Assembly (NCBI GenBank): GCA_015069575.1
Contig: SVIH01000004.1
Coordinates: 54,859-118,858 of the forward strand
Reading direction: 5' to 3'
Origin: Clostridiales bacterium
Lineage (GTDB): Bacteria > Bacillota > Clostridia > Christensenellales > QALW01
Length of the DNA: 64,000 nt
Shown here: positions 26,747 through 38,433 of the stretch, piece by piece
Layout: every line of letters begins with the position of its first letter
Numbering within the stretch: position 1 is the first letter of the stretch
Position numbers and translations under genes: made by a program
The notes under the pieces: generated by a model
What the model saw: only the letters and a program-made list of their open reading frames with translations
What the model was told of the DNA's origin: nothing
Database searches by the model: none

Positions 26747-29700
26747 TTATGCGTTTACTGCTTCAGCTTCAACAGTTTCTTCTACTGCTTCAGCCTCTGC
26801 TTCGGCATTTTTGCGGATAACGTTAATATCAATATCCTTATATCTCTTTACGCCTGTACCTGCAGGGATAAGCTTACCGATACATACGCATTCTTTAAGA
26901 CCAAGAAGCGGATCGATCTTGCCCTTAATAGCAGCATCTGTAAGAACCCTTGTGGTTTCCTGGAATGATGCAGCTGAAAGGAATGATTCAGTTGCAAGGG
27001 CTGCCTTTGTAATACCAAGAAGTATTCTACGGCTTGTAGCAGGGATTCCGCCTGCAAGACGGGTCTGCTCATTAACCTTTTCAACCTTAAAGATATCAAC
27101 AACATCGCCGGGAAGAAGATCAGTATCGCCCGCATCTTCAATACGAACTTTTCTGAGCATCTGACGAACGATTAATTCAATATGCTTATCGGCAATATCA
27201 ACGCCCTGTACCTTATAAACGGTCTGAACCTCTTTAAGCATATAATCCTGAAGCGGAACTACACCCTTAATACGAAGCATATCGTGGGGGTTTACTGAAC
27301 CCTTTGTAAGTTCCTGACCAACTTCAACATGCTGTCCTTCTTCAACAGCAAGGTGAGCATTGTAAGGAAGCGGATAGTTCTTTTCTTCGCCATCTGTTGT
27401 AACGATGCTTACGCTACCTTTGCCGCGGATATTATTAACTTCAACCTTACCTGCAACATCAGAAAGAATTGCAAGGCCCTTAGGCTTACGTGCTTCAAAG
27501 ATTTCTTCAACACGGGGAAGACCCTGTGTAATATCTGTACCTGCAACACCACCAGTGTGGAAAGTTCTCATAGTAAGCTGAGTACCGGGTTCACCGATTG
27601 ACTGTGCTGCGATAATACCAACTGCTTCGCCGATAGCAACGGGCTTATTATTTGAAAGGTCAGCACCGTAGCACTTAGCGCAAACACCGTGTTCGCAACG
27701 GCAGGTAAAGATTGAACGGATCATAACTTTTGTTTTGCCTAAACCACCCTTTTCCTTAGAAAGAGTAATCTTATCAGCAATTTCATCAGTTACCAATGTG
27801 CCGTCAGTAAACACAACATTACCCTCATCATCTAAAACATCTTCAGCAAGAGTTCTGTTCTTAATACGTTCTGCAACTGTTTCAATAACTGAACCATCAT
27901 GAATAATATCTTCAACATAAACACCGTTAGGTGTGTTGATTGATGAATGATTCTGATGGCAATCTTCTTCACGAACAATAACATCCTGACAAACGTCAAC
28001 AAGACGCCTTGTAAGGTAACCGGAGTCAGCTGTACGAAGAGCCGTATCAGCAAGACCTTTACGAGTTCCGTGTGAGGACATGAAGAAGTCAATAATAGTA
28101 AGGCCTTCACGGAAGTTTGCCTTAACAGGAATTTCAATAGTTCTACCTGATGGGTCAGCCATCAAGCCACGCATACCTGCAAGCTGTGTAATCTGTGATT
28201 TGTTACCACGAGCACCGGATACAGCCATCATGTTGATGGGATTGAACTTATCAAGTCCATTCATAAGTTCAACTGTAACATCGTCTTTAGCGATACGCCA
28301 TGTATCAATAACTGCACGGTATCTTTCTTCTTCAGAATAGAATCCGCGTTTTGCCATATCGTTAATCTTTGCAACATGTGCTTCTGCTTTTTCAAGGATT
28401 TCCTTTTTAGCCTTTGGAATAACAGCATCCTTAACGCCAACGGTAATTGCACCGCGTGTTGCATACTGGAAGCCCTGTGCTTTAATCGCATCAAGCATCT
28501 GTGCTGTAATTGCTTCACCGTGAACGGTATAGCACTTATAAACAACCTTGTTAAGAGATTTCTTATCAATTAAGAAGCCGATTTCAAGGTCGAATTCATG
28601 TTCAGGATCGTTTCTGTCAACAAAGCCGATATCCTGTGGAACTGCACGGTTGAAGATAATCTTACCAACAGTTGTCTGAATAATTTTTGAACGGGTGTTG
28701 CCGTTTTCATCGGTCTTTGACATACGAATGTTTGTCATTGACTGTAAGTTAAGATTGCCCATTTCGTAAGCAAGAACTGCTTCTTCAGGTGAAGAGAATG
28801 TTCTATCTAACGCAGGCTTATCATCGTTGACAATAGTAAGATAGTATGAACCGATAATCATATCCTGTGTAGGTACTACAACAGGTCTGCCATCTGCAGG
28901 CTTAAGTATGTTGTTTTCAGCAAGCATCAAGAAACGAGCTTCAGCCTGCGCTTCTACTGAAAGGGGAACGTGGCAAGGCATCTGGTCGCCGTCAAAGTCA
29001 GCGTTAAATGCGGTACATACTAATGGATGTAATTTAATTGCGCGTCCATCAACAAGAACAGGTTCAAATGCCTGAATACCAAGGCGGTGAAGTGTAGGAG
29101 CACGGTTTAAAAGAACAGGGTGACCCTGAATAACTTCTTCTAAAACATCCCAAACTTCTGCGGTGCCTCTTTCAATAAGACGCTTTGCGCCACGGATATT
29201 TTGTGCAAGATTTAATTCAACAAGGCGCTTCATAACGAAAGGCTTGAAAAGTTCAATAGCCATTTCTTTAGGAAGACCGCACTGATGCATTTTAAGTTCA
29301 GGGCCAACAACGATAACTGAACGGCCTGAATAGTCAACACGCTTACCTAAAAGGTTCTGACGGAAACGGCCTTGCTTACCGCGAAGCATATCTGAAAGTG
29401 ATTTTAACGGGCGGTTGCCGGGACCTGTAACAGGTCTGCCACGACGGCCGTTATCAATCAAAGCATCAACTGCTTCCTGAAGCATACGCTTTTCATTTCT
29501 GATAATAATATCAGGTGCGCTTAACTCAAGAAGTTTTTTCAGGCGGTTGTTACGGTTAATAACACGGCGGTAAAGGTCATTAAGGTCACTTGATGCGAAT
29601 CTGCCACCATCAAGCTGAACCATAGGACGAATTTCCGGTGGGATAACAGGAACAACATCCATAATCATCCATTCAGGTTTGTTTCCTGATTTGCGGAATG

Positions 29701-30355
29701 ATTCAACAACTTCAAGGCGTTTTACTGCCTTAATACGCTTTTGTGTTGAATTTGTAGTTTTTAATTCTTCCCTTAATTCCTGTGCTTCTTTATCAAGATC
29801 AATAGCGCGAAGAAGTTCACGAACTGCTTCAGCACCCATTGCGGCACGGAAAGAACCTATATTTATTTCCCTATCCATTACCTCGCGGTAATCAGCATCG
29901 GTAATAACATCTTTAACCTGATATTCTGTTGCGCCTGCATCAAGAACGATAAACGCTGCAAAATACAGTACTTTTTCAAGATCTTTAGGTGAAACATTCA
30001 AAAGAAGGCTCATTCTTGAAGGAATACCCTTGAAATACCAGATGTGCGAAACAGGTGCAGCAAGGGAAATATGTCCCATTCTTTCACGGCGAACTTTTGC
30101 GCGTGTTACTTCAACACCGCATCGATCGCACACAAGACCCTTATATCTTGCACCTTTTTTATACTTTCCGCATGAACATTCCCAGTCTTTTGTTGGGCCA
30201 AAGATCTTTTCGCAGAAAAGACCTTCGCGTTCAGGCTTCAAAGTACGGTAATTTATAGTTTCGGGCTTGGTAACCTCACCATAAGACCACTCAAGAATCT
30301 TATTTGCAGGTGCAAGTCCTATTTGTATTGAATCAAAATTATTAAGTTCAAACAA
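26747..30355 (-). CDS. rpoC: DNA-directed RNA polymerase subunit beta'
   Basis: 1202 aa; zinc-finger CxCGK..C..C, NADFDGD active site; TTG start. Confidence 0.97.
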   Translation of the reverse strand: MFELNNFDSIQIGLAPANKILEWSYGEVTKPETINYRTLKPEREGLFCEKIFGPTKDWECSCGKYKKGARYKGLVCDRCGVEVTRAKVRRERMGHISLAAPVSHIWYFKGIPSRMSLLLNVSPKDLEKVLYFAAFIVLDAGATEYQVKDVITDADYREVMDREINIGSFRAAMGAEAVRELLRAIDLDKEAQELREELKTTNSTQKRIKAVKRLEVVESFRKSGNKPEWMIMDVVPVIPPEIRPMVQLDGGRFASSDLNDLYRRVINRNNRLKKLLELSAPDIIIRNEKRMLQEAVDALIDNGRRGRPVTGPGNRPLKSLSDMLRGKQGRFRQNLLGKRVDYSGRSVIVVGPELKMHQCGLPKEMAIELFKPFVMKRLVELNLAQNIRGAKRLIERGTAEVWDVLEEVIQGHPVLLNRAPTLHRLGIQAFEPVLVDGRAIKLHPLVCTAFNADFDGDQMPCHVPLSVEAQAEARFLMLAENNILKPADGRPVVVPTQDMIIGSYYLTIVNDDKPALDRTFSSPEEAVLAYEMGNLNLQSMTNIRMSKTDENGNTRSKIIQTTVGKIIFNRAVPQDIGFVDRNDPEHEFDLEIGFLIDKKSLNKVVYKCYTVHGEAITAQMLDAIKAQGFQYATRGAITVGVKDAVIPKAKKEILEKAEAHVAKINDMAKRGFYSEEERYRAVIDTWRIAKDDVTVELMNGLDKFNPINMMAVSGARGNKSQITQLAGMRGLMADPSGRTIEIPVKANFREGLTIIDFFMSSHGTRKGLADTALRTADSGYLTRRLVDVCQDVIVREEDCHQNHSSINTPNGVYVEDIIHDGSVIETVAERIKNRTLAEDVLDDEGNVVFTDGTLVTDEIADKITLSKEKGGLGKTKVMIRSIFTCRCEHGVCAKCYGADLSNNKPVAIGEAVGIIAAQSIGEPGTQLTMRTFHTGGVAGTDITQGLPRVEEIFEARKPKGLAILSDVAGKVEVNNIRGKGSVSIVTTDGEEKNYPLPYNAHLAVEEGQHVEVGQELTKGSVNPHDMLRIKGVVPLQDYMLKEVQTVYKVQGVDIADKHIELIVRQMLRKVRIEDAGDTDLLPGDVVDIFKVEKVNEQTRLAGGIPATSRRILLGITKAALATESFLSAASFQETTRVLTDAAIKGKIDPLLGLKECVCIGKLIPAGTGVKRYKDIDINVIRKNAEAEAEAVEETVEAEAVNA

Positions 30356-30410
30356 GGCTTCATCTTCCTCTCTTCATTTTGTCAGCTTATTTAAGCTAAG
30401 GTCAGGCTGA

Positions 30411-33400
30411 TTATTCGTCAGCCTCGTCCTCATCGTCATCTTCAAACTCGTCATCTTCAAAAAGGTCAAGCTCGTCATCAAGGGTCAGTTCATCATCGTT
30501 AAACATATCCTCTTCGTCTTCTTCTACGCCATCAAGAATGTTAACTTCGTCTTCGCCGTCCTCATCAAGTTCGCCAAGTTCAAAGTCATCATCTTCAAGG
30601 TCATCAAGCTCATCCTCATCGTCATAGCCGAGCATTGAAAGAAGGTCGCCAACAGGAGCATTCTTTTCTTTTTCATCAGCATATTCAACGATATCTCTGT
30701 CATCATCAAGAAGCTCACGCATTTCAACTTCCTTGTGCTCTTCTGTTAATATCTTAACATCAAGGGCAAGGGAACGAAGTTCTTCTAAAAGAACCTTAAA
30801 GGATTCAGGAATACCGGGCTCAGGAACATTCTGTCCTTTAACGATGGCCTCATAAGCCTTAACTCTGCCTACAACATCATCGGATTTAATTGTAAGAATT
30901 TCTTGAAGTGTATGTGCAGCGCCATATGCCTCAAGTGCCCAAACTTCCATTTCACCAAAACGCTGACCGCCGAACTGTGCCTTACCACCAAGAGGTTGTT
31001 GTGTAACAAGTGAGTAAGGTCCTGTTGAACGGGCATGTATTTTATCATCAACCATGTGAATAAGTTTAATCATATACATGCAACCAACTGTTACAGGGTT
31101 ATCAAATGGCTGACCGGTGCGTCCATCATAAAGAATGGTTTTGCCGGTAAATACATTCTGGGCATATTCATTAAGTTCAGCCTGTGCTTTTTCTTCTTTT
31201 TCGTTCTTGTTTTCAATTTTTTCAAGACCGAAGAGAGGCGCCATATCGCCTAAAATCTTTGCAGTTGCAACAAAATATTTATCTGCAAGTGCAATAACGC
31301 GATCTGCAAGCCCAAATTTATCTTCCACAGTGTTATCATAAGCAAGGTCCTTAATTAAAAGGAATTCCTTATCATAACTTTCAACATCTATCTTACCGCC
31401 ATCATAATCAGGCTGATCCTTGCCACGAAGGGCTTTGCCCATTTCTAAAAGCTGACCAGCTGTATGGCCTAATGCGCCGTCAACAACAGGAATTTCTTCT
31501 GTTGAACGCAAACGCACTGCAAAAGTAAGAAGCGTATCTATCTTCTCAAGAAGTTTTGATGCAAGTGAAAGTTTTTCTATATCTGCTTCGTGTGCACCGT
31601 CAAAAACAGGTGTAGCAATCTTGATGCCAAGTTTTTTAGCAGCAATACCCAAGTGAACTTCAAGAACCTGACCAACGTTCATACGGGAAGGAACGCCCAA
31701 GGGGTTAAGGCAGATCTGAACAGGAGTGCCATCAGGCATAAAGGGCATATCTTCTTCAGGAAGAACGCGGGAAATAACACCCTTATTACCGTGGCGGCCC
31801 GCCATTTTATCACCTGCATGAATCTTACGCTTCTGTGCAAGGTATACACGAACCATTTTATTTACGCCCGGAGAAAGTTCATCTTTATTTTCGCGGGTAA
31901 AGATCTTAATATCAACAACAACACCGCCTTCACCGTGAGGTGCGCGAAGTGATGTATCACGAACTTCCTTAGCATTGTTTGAGAAAATTGCATGAAGAAG
32001 TCTTTCTTCAGCAGTAACATCAGTTTCACCTTTAGGGGTAACTTTACCAACAAGGATATCCCCTGAATGAACTTCTGCACCGATACGGATAATACCTTCT
32101 TCATCAAGGTTGCGGCGCATATCTTCACCAACATTGGGAATATCAGGTGTGATTTCTTCAGGACCAAGTTTTGTGTCCCTTGCTTCACACTCATATTCTT
32201 CAATATGAATGGTTGTAAAGATATCGTCACGGGCAAGACGCTCAGAAATAAGCATAGCGTCTTCGTAGTTATAACCGTTCCATGGCATAAATGCAATAAC
32301 GATATTTCTACCTAATGAAAGTTCGCCCTGGCTTGTTGAAGGACCATCAGCAAGAGTTGTTTTATATTCAACGCGCTGACCTTTTTCAACAATGGGAACC
32401 TGATTTATACATGTACCCTGGTTAGAACGGCGATATTTAAGCAATTCATAAACTTCGGTTTCACCGTTATCGTGCTTAACGATAATCTTATCTGCATCAA
32501 CATATTCAACAACGCCGGGACCTTTTGAAAGCACTGAAACACCGCTGTCACGGGCTGCCTTATATTCAATACCTGTTCCAACGATAGGTGCTTCTGTTCT
32601 TAAAAGCGGAACTGCCTGACGCTGCATGTTTGCGCCCATCAAAGCACGGGATGCGTCGTCATTTTCAAGGAAAGGTATCATTGCTGTTGCAACAGATACT
32701 ACCTGTTTAGGTGAAACGTCAATATAATCTACATCGAAAATTGAAACACGAAGGAATTCGTCTTTGTTACGGGCAGAAACAACATCGTTAATGAAATGTC
32801 CCTTTTCATCAACAGGCTCGTTTGCCTGTGCGATAATGTAACGGTCTTCGTCATCAGCGGCAAGGTAAACAACTTCGTTTGTTACTACGCCGTTTTTCTT
32901 ATCAACTTTACGGTAAGGTGATTCCATAAATCCGTATTCGTTGATTCTTGCATATGTTGCCAAAGAACCGATAAGACCGATGTTTTTACCTTCGGGGGTT
33001 TCAATGGGACACATTCTTCCGTAATGTGAATGGTGAACGTCACGAACCTCAAATGAGGGACGATCACGGTTAAGACCGCCGGGACCTAACGCTGAAAGAC
33101 GGCGTTTATGGGTAAGTTCAGCAAGGGGGTTGTTCTGGTCCATAAACTGTGAAAGCTGTGAAGAACCAAAGAACTCTCTTATAACTGCGCTTACAGGGCG
33201 GATATTTATAAGTGATGCAGGAGAAACGCTGTCAATTGCCTGACTTGTCATTCTCTCGCGGATAACGCGTTCCATTCTTGAAAGACCAACACGAAGCTGA
33301 TTCTGTAAAAGTTCACCAACGCAACGAACACGACGGTTGCCAAGATGGTCAATATCATCAAGCTCTCCATGTCCTTCAAAAAGTGTAAGCATATAGTTGA

Positions 33401-34664
33401 TACTTGCAACGATATCTGACATATAAAGATGCTCAGGGGAAAGATCTTCCATATCAGCAACAAGGCGTGCCTTAATCTGTTCATCTGTTGAACATTCGGA
33501 AAGAATCTTCATTAATGAATCATAATGCACATATTCTTTAATACCAACTTCTTTTGGATCAAAGTTAAGGTAAGGTTTGGGATCAACAAAACCGTTGGAC
33601 ATAACGCGAACTGTTTTAACTGTTTCTTCACCTGCTTCGTTTTTAAGAACGATATTAAGGTTAACAAGCATTACGCCTGCGTTTTGAATTTCATAAGCCT
33701 TTTCGCTTGAAATTACATTGCCTTTTTCAAGCAATACTTCGCCATCAGGTGAAACAATGTCTTCTGCAGCAACCTTGCCTTCAATTCTTGAAGCAAGGGC
33801 AAGTTTTTTGTTGAACTTATAACGGCCAACACGGGCAAGATCATAGTGGCGGCTTTCAAAGAAACTTGATGTAAGCCTGTCGCGCATAATCTTTTCTTCA
33901 GCGTTTTCGCCGGGGCGGATACGCTTATACATTTCGGTAAGGCCGTCAAGTTCGTTAAAAATATTACTCTGATGGTCGTGCTCAATAGTAGCCTTTAAAA
34001 CTTCGCTTTCGCCCAAAAGTTCAATAATCTGCTCATCGCTGCCAAAGCCAAGGGCGCGAAGAAGCGCTGTGATAGAAACCTTACGGCTTCTGTCAACCTT
34101 AACTGAAAAAACGTTTGAGTTATCAATTTCAAATTCCATCCAAGCACCCCTGTTAGGTATAAGGGTTGCTGAAAATTGGAATTTGCCTGCCTGCTTATCA
34201 TCTGCAAAATAGCATCCGGGTGAACGAACAAGCTGTGAAGCAACAACACGTTCAGCACCGTTTATAATAAATGTGCCGGTAGGCGTCATAAGTGGGAATT
34301 CACCCATGAAAACATCCTGTTCTAAAATTTCACGAACAGTTCCGTCGTCGTTTTTAAGTGTAAGACGAACCTTTACGCGCATAGGTGCGGCGTAAGTTAC
34401 GTCACGGTCCTTGCACTCCTCAATGGAATACTTGGGTGCATTCTCTATGTAGCAGTCAAGGAATTCCAGGCTCATTGCACCTGAAAAATCGTCAATTGGT
34501 GAAAAATCCCTTACGATAGGACCAAGATCTTCCTTAACAAATTTGTTGTAAGAATTCTTCTGGATCTCAATCAGGTCGGGCATTTCCAATGCGGCATCAA
34601 TCTGTGCAAAAGATAATCTGTCTTCCTTTGCGGTTTCTGCTACGTTTAATACCTTATGAAGCAT
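30411..34664 (-). CDS. rpoB: DNA-directed RNA polymerase subunit beta (extended form: internal insertion plus poly-acidic tail)
   Basis: 1417 aa; all conserved beta blocks present ([51 protein letters not shown]). Confidence 0.97.
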   Translation of the reverse strand: MLHKVLNVAETAKEDRLSFAQIDAALEMPDLIEIQKNSYNKFVKEDLGPIVRDFSPIDDFSGAMSLEFLDCYIENAPKYSIEECKDRDVTYAAPMRVKVRLTLKNDDGTVREILEQDVFMGEFPLMTPTGTFIINGAERVVASQLVRSPGCYFADDKQAGKFQFSATLIPNRGAWMEFEIDNSNVFSVKVDRSRKVSITALLRALGFGSDEQIIELLGESEVLKATIEHDHQSNIFNELDGLTEMYKRIRPGENAEEKIMRDRLTSSFFESRHYDLARVGRYKFNKKLALASRIEGKVAAEDIVSPDGEVLLEKGNVISSEKAYEIQNAGVMLVNLNIVLKNEAGEETVKTVRVMSNGFVDPKPYLNFDPKEVGIKEYVHYDSLMKILSECSTDEQIKARLVADMEDLSPEHLYMSDIVASINYMLTLFEGHGELDDIDHLGNRRVRCVGELLQNQLRVGLSRMERVIRERMTSQAIDSVSPASLINIRPVSAVIREFFGSSQLSQFMDQNNPLAELTHKRRLSALGPGGLNRDRPSFEVRDVHHSHYGRMCPIETPEGKNIGLIGSLATYARINEYGFMESPYRKVDKKNGVVTNEVVYLAADDEDRYIIAQANEPVDEKGHFINDVVSARNKDEFLRVSIFDVDYIDVSPKQVVSVATAMIPFLENDDASRALMGANMQRQAVPLLRTEAPIVGTGIEYKAARDSGVSVLSKGPGVVEYVDADKIIVKHDNGETEVYELLKYRRSNQGTCINQVPIVEKGQRVEYKTTLADGPSTSQGELSLGRNIVIAFMPWNGYNYEDAMLISERLARDDIFTTIHIEEYECEARDTKLGPEEITPDIPNVGEDMRRNLDEEGIIRIGAEVHSGDILVGKVTPKGETDVTAEERLLHAIFSNNAKEVRDTSLRAPHGEGGVVVDIKIFTRENKDELSPGVNKMVRVYLAQKRKIHAGDKMAGRHGNKGVISRVLPEEDMPFMPDGTPVQICLNPLGVPSRMNVGQVLEVHLGIAAKKLGIKIATPVFDGAHEADIEKLSLASKLLEKIDTLLTFAVRLRSTEEIPVVDGALGHTAGQLLEMGKALRGKDQPDYDGGKIDVESYDKEFLLIKDLAYDNTVEDKFGLADRVIALADKYFVATAKILGDMAPLFGLEKIENKNEKEEKAQAELNEYAQNVFTGKTILYDGRTGQPFDNPVTVGCMYMIKLIHMVDDKIHARSTGPYSLVTQQPLGGKAQFGGQRFGEMEVWALEAYGAAHTLQEILTIKSDDVVGRVKAYEAIVKGQNVPEPGIPESFKVLLEELRSLALDVKILTEEHKEVEMRELLDDDRDIVEYADEKEKNAPVGDLLSMLGYDDEDELDDLEDDDFELGELDEDGEDEVNILDGVEEDEEDMFNDDELTLDDELDLFEDDEFEDDDEDEADE

Positions 34665-34809
34665 ACTTTCACTCTCCTAATCTGATGGTTGAAGGATAAA
34701 CATAAACGCCTTAAAAACCCCTTATTTTTGGGCGTTTAGGGGACAAAATGCCCTTACCCACAAAAATTGTGCGCAATTTACCCCATAATACAGTTTTATA
34801 CAATTGTCA

Positions 34810-34838
34810 AGTTTAACAGAAAAGTCAATACTTGTCAA
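34810..34838 (-). promoter_or_regulatory. Candidate rpoB promoter
   Basis: Minus strand TTGACA-17 nt-TAAACT about 145 nt upstream of rpoB; several TTGAC motifs nearby. Confidence 0.4.
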
Positions 34839-34936
34839 GGATTTTTCGGGTATTTTTTTATCATTTTTTATAGATTTTTTGGTGCTATCTATATGTAGTA
34901 TAGGCAGGGTGTTATAGCACACAAACATCCAAAAAT

Positions 34937-34971
34937 AAAATTAAGCGGAAAGTAACTTTCCGCTTAATTTT
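34937..34971 (-). terminator. Intrinsic terminator of the LCP gene
   Basis: TTAAGCGGAAAG-loop-CTTTCCGCTTAA followed by a T-run on the minus strand. Confidence 0.7.
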
Positions 34972-34975
34972 ATTT

Positions 34976-36172
34976 CTATATCCATTTTTTTCTGTTGGGC
35001 TCAAGAGCAATATTTGATTTACCGTAAAGTGCGTTTTGAAGTTTTTGTGCAGCAAGGGGATAATCCACCTTCCAGTACCATCCGCCGTCTTCAGGGTTAG
35101 TAAATCCTATTGCGCAACCGTCATCAGGTAATGTTACCTGTTTAAACGTATAATTAAACCAGCCTTCTGTAACAGCAGTTACAGCATATGCAAGTATGTT
35201 TTCCGAAGTAAGCCCCGTTCTGAGATACGGTATAACCTCTCTTGCTGCAGCAACTATCTGGCTTGCAGAATAATCTTTAATATTATTAACAAGACTCATT
35301 ATTACCTGTTGTTGCCTGCCAACACGGGCAGTATCACCGCCTGCAGTACCTTTTCTGATTCGCATATAAGTTAATGCGTGATAACCATCAACCTTAAGCG
35401 GTCCGCCATTTTTTGAAATGTTCCAACCGATAGAACGAAGATATGTTGCCTCGTCCTTTGTAACATTGATTTTAACACCGCCTAAAGCATTTATTGCCTT
35501 TGGCAAAGAAGCAAAGTTTAGAATAACATAATTATCAATTACAACTTTGTAATACCGTTCAATCATTTCGATCTGCTTTGCAGGGCCCGAATAACTTAAT
35601 GCGTGATGGAATTTTGTGTATCTTCCGCTGTTTCCTGTTACGATATAACTGTACTGATCGCGCATTAATGATGCAAGAGTAACGGTTTTTGTTCTTTTGT
35701 TAATGGAAACAATACACATCGCATCTGCACGGCCGTTTACTGACAATGCTTGTGGATTACCGTTGCCATCATTGTTTTCCATACCTATTAAAAGAATATT
35801 GGTAACATCGCTATCCCTTACCGGTGAGCCGTTGTTCATCCAGTTTTTAATATTATTTTTAAGATTAGAAAGACTTGAAGGCTTTATAGTTGGTGCGTTT
35901 GTTGAATCAGGATGGCTTGTTATATCAGGCTCATGTGTCTCGTAGGGGTTCATAGTGTGATCAACTATATTGCCGGCATGATGAATATCCTGACCTTGTG
36001 TTCTATTATAGCCATCGCCCTCGGTTATTGACCCGAACACCGAGTGCCAACCTATCATAAGTCCGCCTGTAATAATTATTGCAATAGAAAGGGCAACTGC
36101 AAGAACCTGCAACCACCAGCTTACATTATCACGAGTATCAAAAATCATAAGCCTTTCTTTCCTTTCAAACAC
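34976..36172 (-). CDS. LytR-CpsA-Psr (LCP) family cell-envelope phosphotransferase
   Basis: N-terminal TM anchor; LCP core (ILLIGME...GRADAMCIVSINKRTKTVTLASLMRDQY). Start uncertain (GTG 36172 or ATG 36148). Confidence 0.85.
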   Translation of the reverse strand: MFERKERLMIFDTRDNVSWWLQVLAVALSIAIIITGGLMIGWHSVFGSITEGDGYNRTQGQDIHHAGNIVDHTMNPYETHEPDITSHPDSTNAPTIKPSSLSNLKNNIKNWMNNGSPVRDSDVTNILLIGMENNDGNGNPQALSVNGRADAMCIVSINKRTKTVTLASLMRDQYSYIVTGNSGRYTKFHHALSYSGPAKQIEMIERYYKVVIDNYVILNFASLPKAINALGGVKINVTKDEATYLRSIGWNISKNGGPLKVDGYHALTYMRIRKGTAGGDTARVGRQQQVIMSLVNNIKDYSASQIVAAAREVIPYLRTGLTSENILAYAVTAVTEGWFNYTFKQVTLPDDGCAIGFTNPEDGGWYWKVDYPLAAQKLQNALYGKSNIALEPNRKKWI

Positions 36173-36303
36173 TTTTTCTTACATTATACACCATTTTTTT
36201 ATACTTGTACACTTATTTTGTTAAAAAAGCATTAAGTTTTTGATTATTATTGCTTATTGACTATTTTGAGTGGTTATGCTAATATCATATTAAGAGGTGT
36301 ATT

Positions 36304-37227
36304 ATGAGTAAAAAAATTGCAATTCTTCTTGCTACACACAATAGTGAAAAGTATATAAATCAGCAAATTGACAGCCTTTTAAGGCAAACATGTAAAGATA
36401 GTATTTCCATTGTTGTTTCTGATGATACATCAACAGATAAAACAGTTGATATCATTAAAGAATATATGGAAAATCACAAAAATATTTCTTTAATAAAAAG
36501 CGAACAGGCTTTAAAAAGCCCGCAGGCAAATTTTTGGTTTTTGCTAAAAAATGCACCTGAGGCTGATTACTATATGTTTTGCGATCATGATGATGTGTGG
36601 CTTGAGGAAAAGGTTGAAAAAACAATAAGTAAAATGCTTGAAACAGAAGATAACTGCCCCGCAATAGTTCACAGTGATCTTTTTGTTGCAGATAACCTTC
36701 TTAAAATAATTTCCCCATCGATGTTTTCATCGCAAGGTCTTAACAATGCTCCTGATTTAAAAAATGCGCTTGTTCAAAACAGCGTTACAGGTTGCACTAT
36801 GATGATAAATCATTCTTTAAGGACTCTTGCCTTAAAAAAAGAAAATGTCGAAAATATGATTATGCACGATTGGTATCTGACTATTCTTTGCCTTGCAAGC
36901 GGAAAAATCGGGTTTGTTGATGAGCCTTTAATTTTATACCGTCAGCACGGCAATAATCAGGTTGGCGCAAAAAACACAAAAAGTGTCGGTTACATTTTTA
37001 ATAAGGCGTTGCAACTAAAAAAGAATAAGAATAATATTAAAAGCACCTATCAGCAGGCAAAAGACATCTATGATATTTTTAATGATGGAACAGAAAATTT
37101 TGAGTTAATTAAACACTATGCCCAAAACCTTAATAAAAACAAAATTCAAAGAATTCTTTCTGCCTTTAAATTCGGTTTTTGGAAAAACACTTTTTTAAGA
37201 AAGCTTGGTCAAATATTTTTTATGTAA
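36304..37227 (+). CDS. Family 2 glycosyltransferase
   Basis: 307 aa; GT-A fold N-terminus (ILLATHNSEKYI...SDDTSTD) and DHDD motif. Confidence 0.85.
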   Translation: MSKKIAILLATHNSEKYINQQIDSLLRQTCKDSISIVVSDDTSTDKTVDIIKEYMENHKNISLIKSEQALKSPQANFWFLLKNAPEADYYMFCDHDDVWLEEKVEKTISKMLETEDNCPAIVHSDLFVADNLLKIISPSMFSSQGLNNAPDLKNALVQNSVTGCTMMINHSLRTLALKKENVENMIMHDWYLTILCLASGKIGFVDEPLILYRQHGNNQVGAKNTKSVGYIFNKALQLKKNKNNIKSTYQQAKDIYDIFNDGTENFELIKHYAQNLNKNKIQRILSAFKFGFWKNTFLRKLGQIFFM

Positions 37228-37240
37228 GGACACAAATTTT

Positions 37241-38392
37241 ATGCACGATTCAGTTTTTAAATCAATAGATGCATTTGCCCCTGAATTTATTAAATTTTGG
37301 GAAGATGTAGGAAACATCGAAAGCCCCACCAATTATAAAGAAGGCGTTGACAAAGTTGGCAACTATTTTTTGAATTATGCAAAAAAAGAAGGTTGGGAAA
37401 CTGAAGTTTTTAAGCACGATATTGTAGGCAATGTTGTTTGCATCACAATGAACGCTTCTGTAAACGCCCGGCCCATAACGCTTTCAGGGCATATGGATAC
37501 TGCACATAAGGTTGGCTCGTTTGGTTCTCCTGCAGTAAAAATTGATAAAAACAACATTTACGGACCGGGTGTTATGGATTGCAAAGGCGGTCTTGTTGCC
37601 GCAGTTTTAGCAATGAAAGCTCTTAAAGAAAACGGGTTTACCACCCGCCCTGTACGATTACTTTTACAAAGCGACGAAGAAAACGTAAGCGCGTACTCTA
37701 ACAAGGCAACCATAAATTATATTTGTTCTAAAGCATCTGATTCCATCGCATTTTTGAACTGCGAAAGCACACGGAAAAATTCTGCTGTTTTATGGCGCAA
37801 GGGCTGTTTAAGATACAAAGTAACAGTTACAGGCAAATCCATTCACGGCTCACGCTGTGCAGAAGGCGGCGTAAGCGCCATTCAGGAGGCCTGTTATAAA
37901 ATTATTAAACTTGAAGAATTTAAAAAAGAAATTGACGGTCTTTCATTTAACTGCGGAATTATTAATGGTGGCGTTCTTGCAAACACAGTTCCCGATTTAT
38001 GCGTGTTTAACGCTGAAATCCGTTATTCAACCCAAAATCAACTTGAACAAGGTAAAAAAATATTAGAAGATATTTTAAACAAAACTTATCTTGATGGCAC
38101 AACAACTTTCTGGGAAATTGAATCATACTGTCCAAGCATGGAAAAAAGCGAGAAGAATTTTGAATTGCTTGATAAAATGAACAAGATATATGTTAAATGC
38201 GGTCTTCCAACATTACAGGCACGGCAAAGTTTAGGCGGTTCAGACGCGGCGGCGGTAACTGTTGCGGGCATACCTTGTGTTGATTCTATCGGCGTTGCAG
38301 GTGATTTTATTCATACCATAAACGAATACGCCACACTTTCTTCCCTGCCCGAAGCCGCAAAGCGAATCGCATCTGTTTGCATTTATATATAA
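37241..38392 (+). CDS. M20-family metallopeptidase (carboxypeptidase G2/dipeptidase-like)
   Basis: GHMDTAH, DCKGG, SDEE metal-ligand motifs; start moved to ATG 37241. Confidence 0.85.
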   Translation: MHDSVFKSIDAFAPEFIKFWEDVGNIESPTNYKEGVDKVGNYFLNYAKKEGWETEVFKHDIVGNVVCITMNASVNARPITLSGHMDTAHKVGSFGSPAVKIDKNNIYGPGVMDCKGGLVAAVLAMKALKENGFTTRPVRLLLQSDEENVSAYSNKATINYICSKASDSIAFLNCESTRKNSAVLWRKGCLRYKVTVTGKSIHGSRCAEGGVSAIQEACYKIIKLEEFKKEIDGLSFNCGIINGGVLANTVPDLCVFNAEIRYSTQNQLEQGKKILEDILNKTYLDGTTTFWEIESYCPSMEKSEKNFELLDKMNKIYVKCGLPTLQARQSLGGSDAAAVTVAGIPCVDSIGVAGDFIHTINEYATLSSLPEAAKRIASVCIYI

Positions 38393-38397
38393 AAATA

Positions 38398-38429
38398 AAA
38401 CGGAAGTAAAAACTTCCGTTTATTTTTTT
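38398..38429 (+). terminator. Intrinsic terminator of the M20 gene
   Basis: AAACGGAAGT-AAAA-ACTTCCGTTT followed by ATTTTTTT. Confidence 0.75.
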
Positions 38430-38433
38430 ACTG

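Noticed and set aside
30411-34664. Intein or frameshift as an explanation for the oversized rpoB
   Set aside because: The frame is continuous, the flanking conserved blocks are intact, and the inserted segment lacks intein splice-junction residues (no Cys/Ser/Thr +1 with a terminal HN) and homing endonuclease motifs.
34722-34928. 68-aa minus-strand ORF upstream of rpoB
   Set aside because: It occupies the promoter/leader region of rpoB, has no RBS, and its sequence is compositionally odd. More likely noncoding leader.
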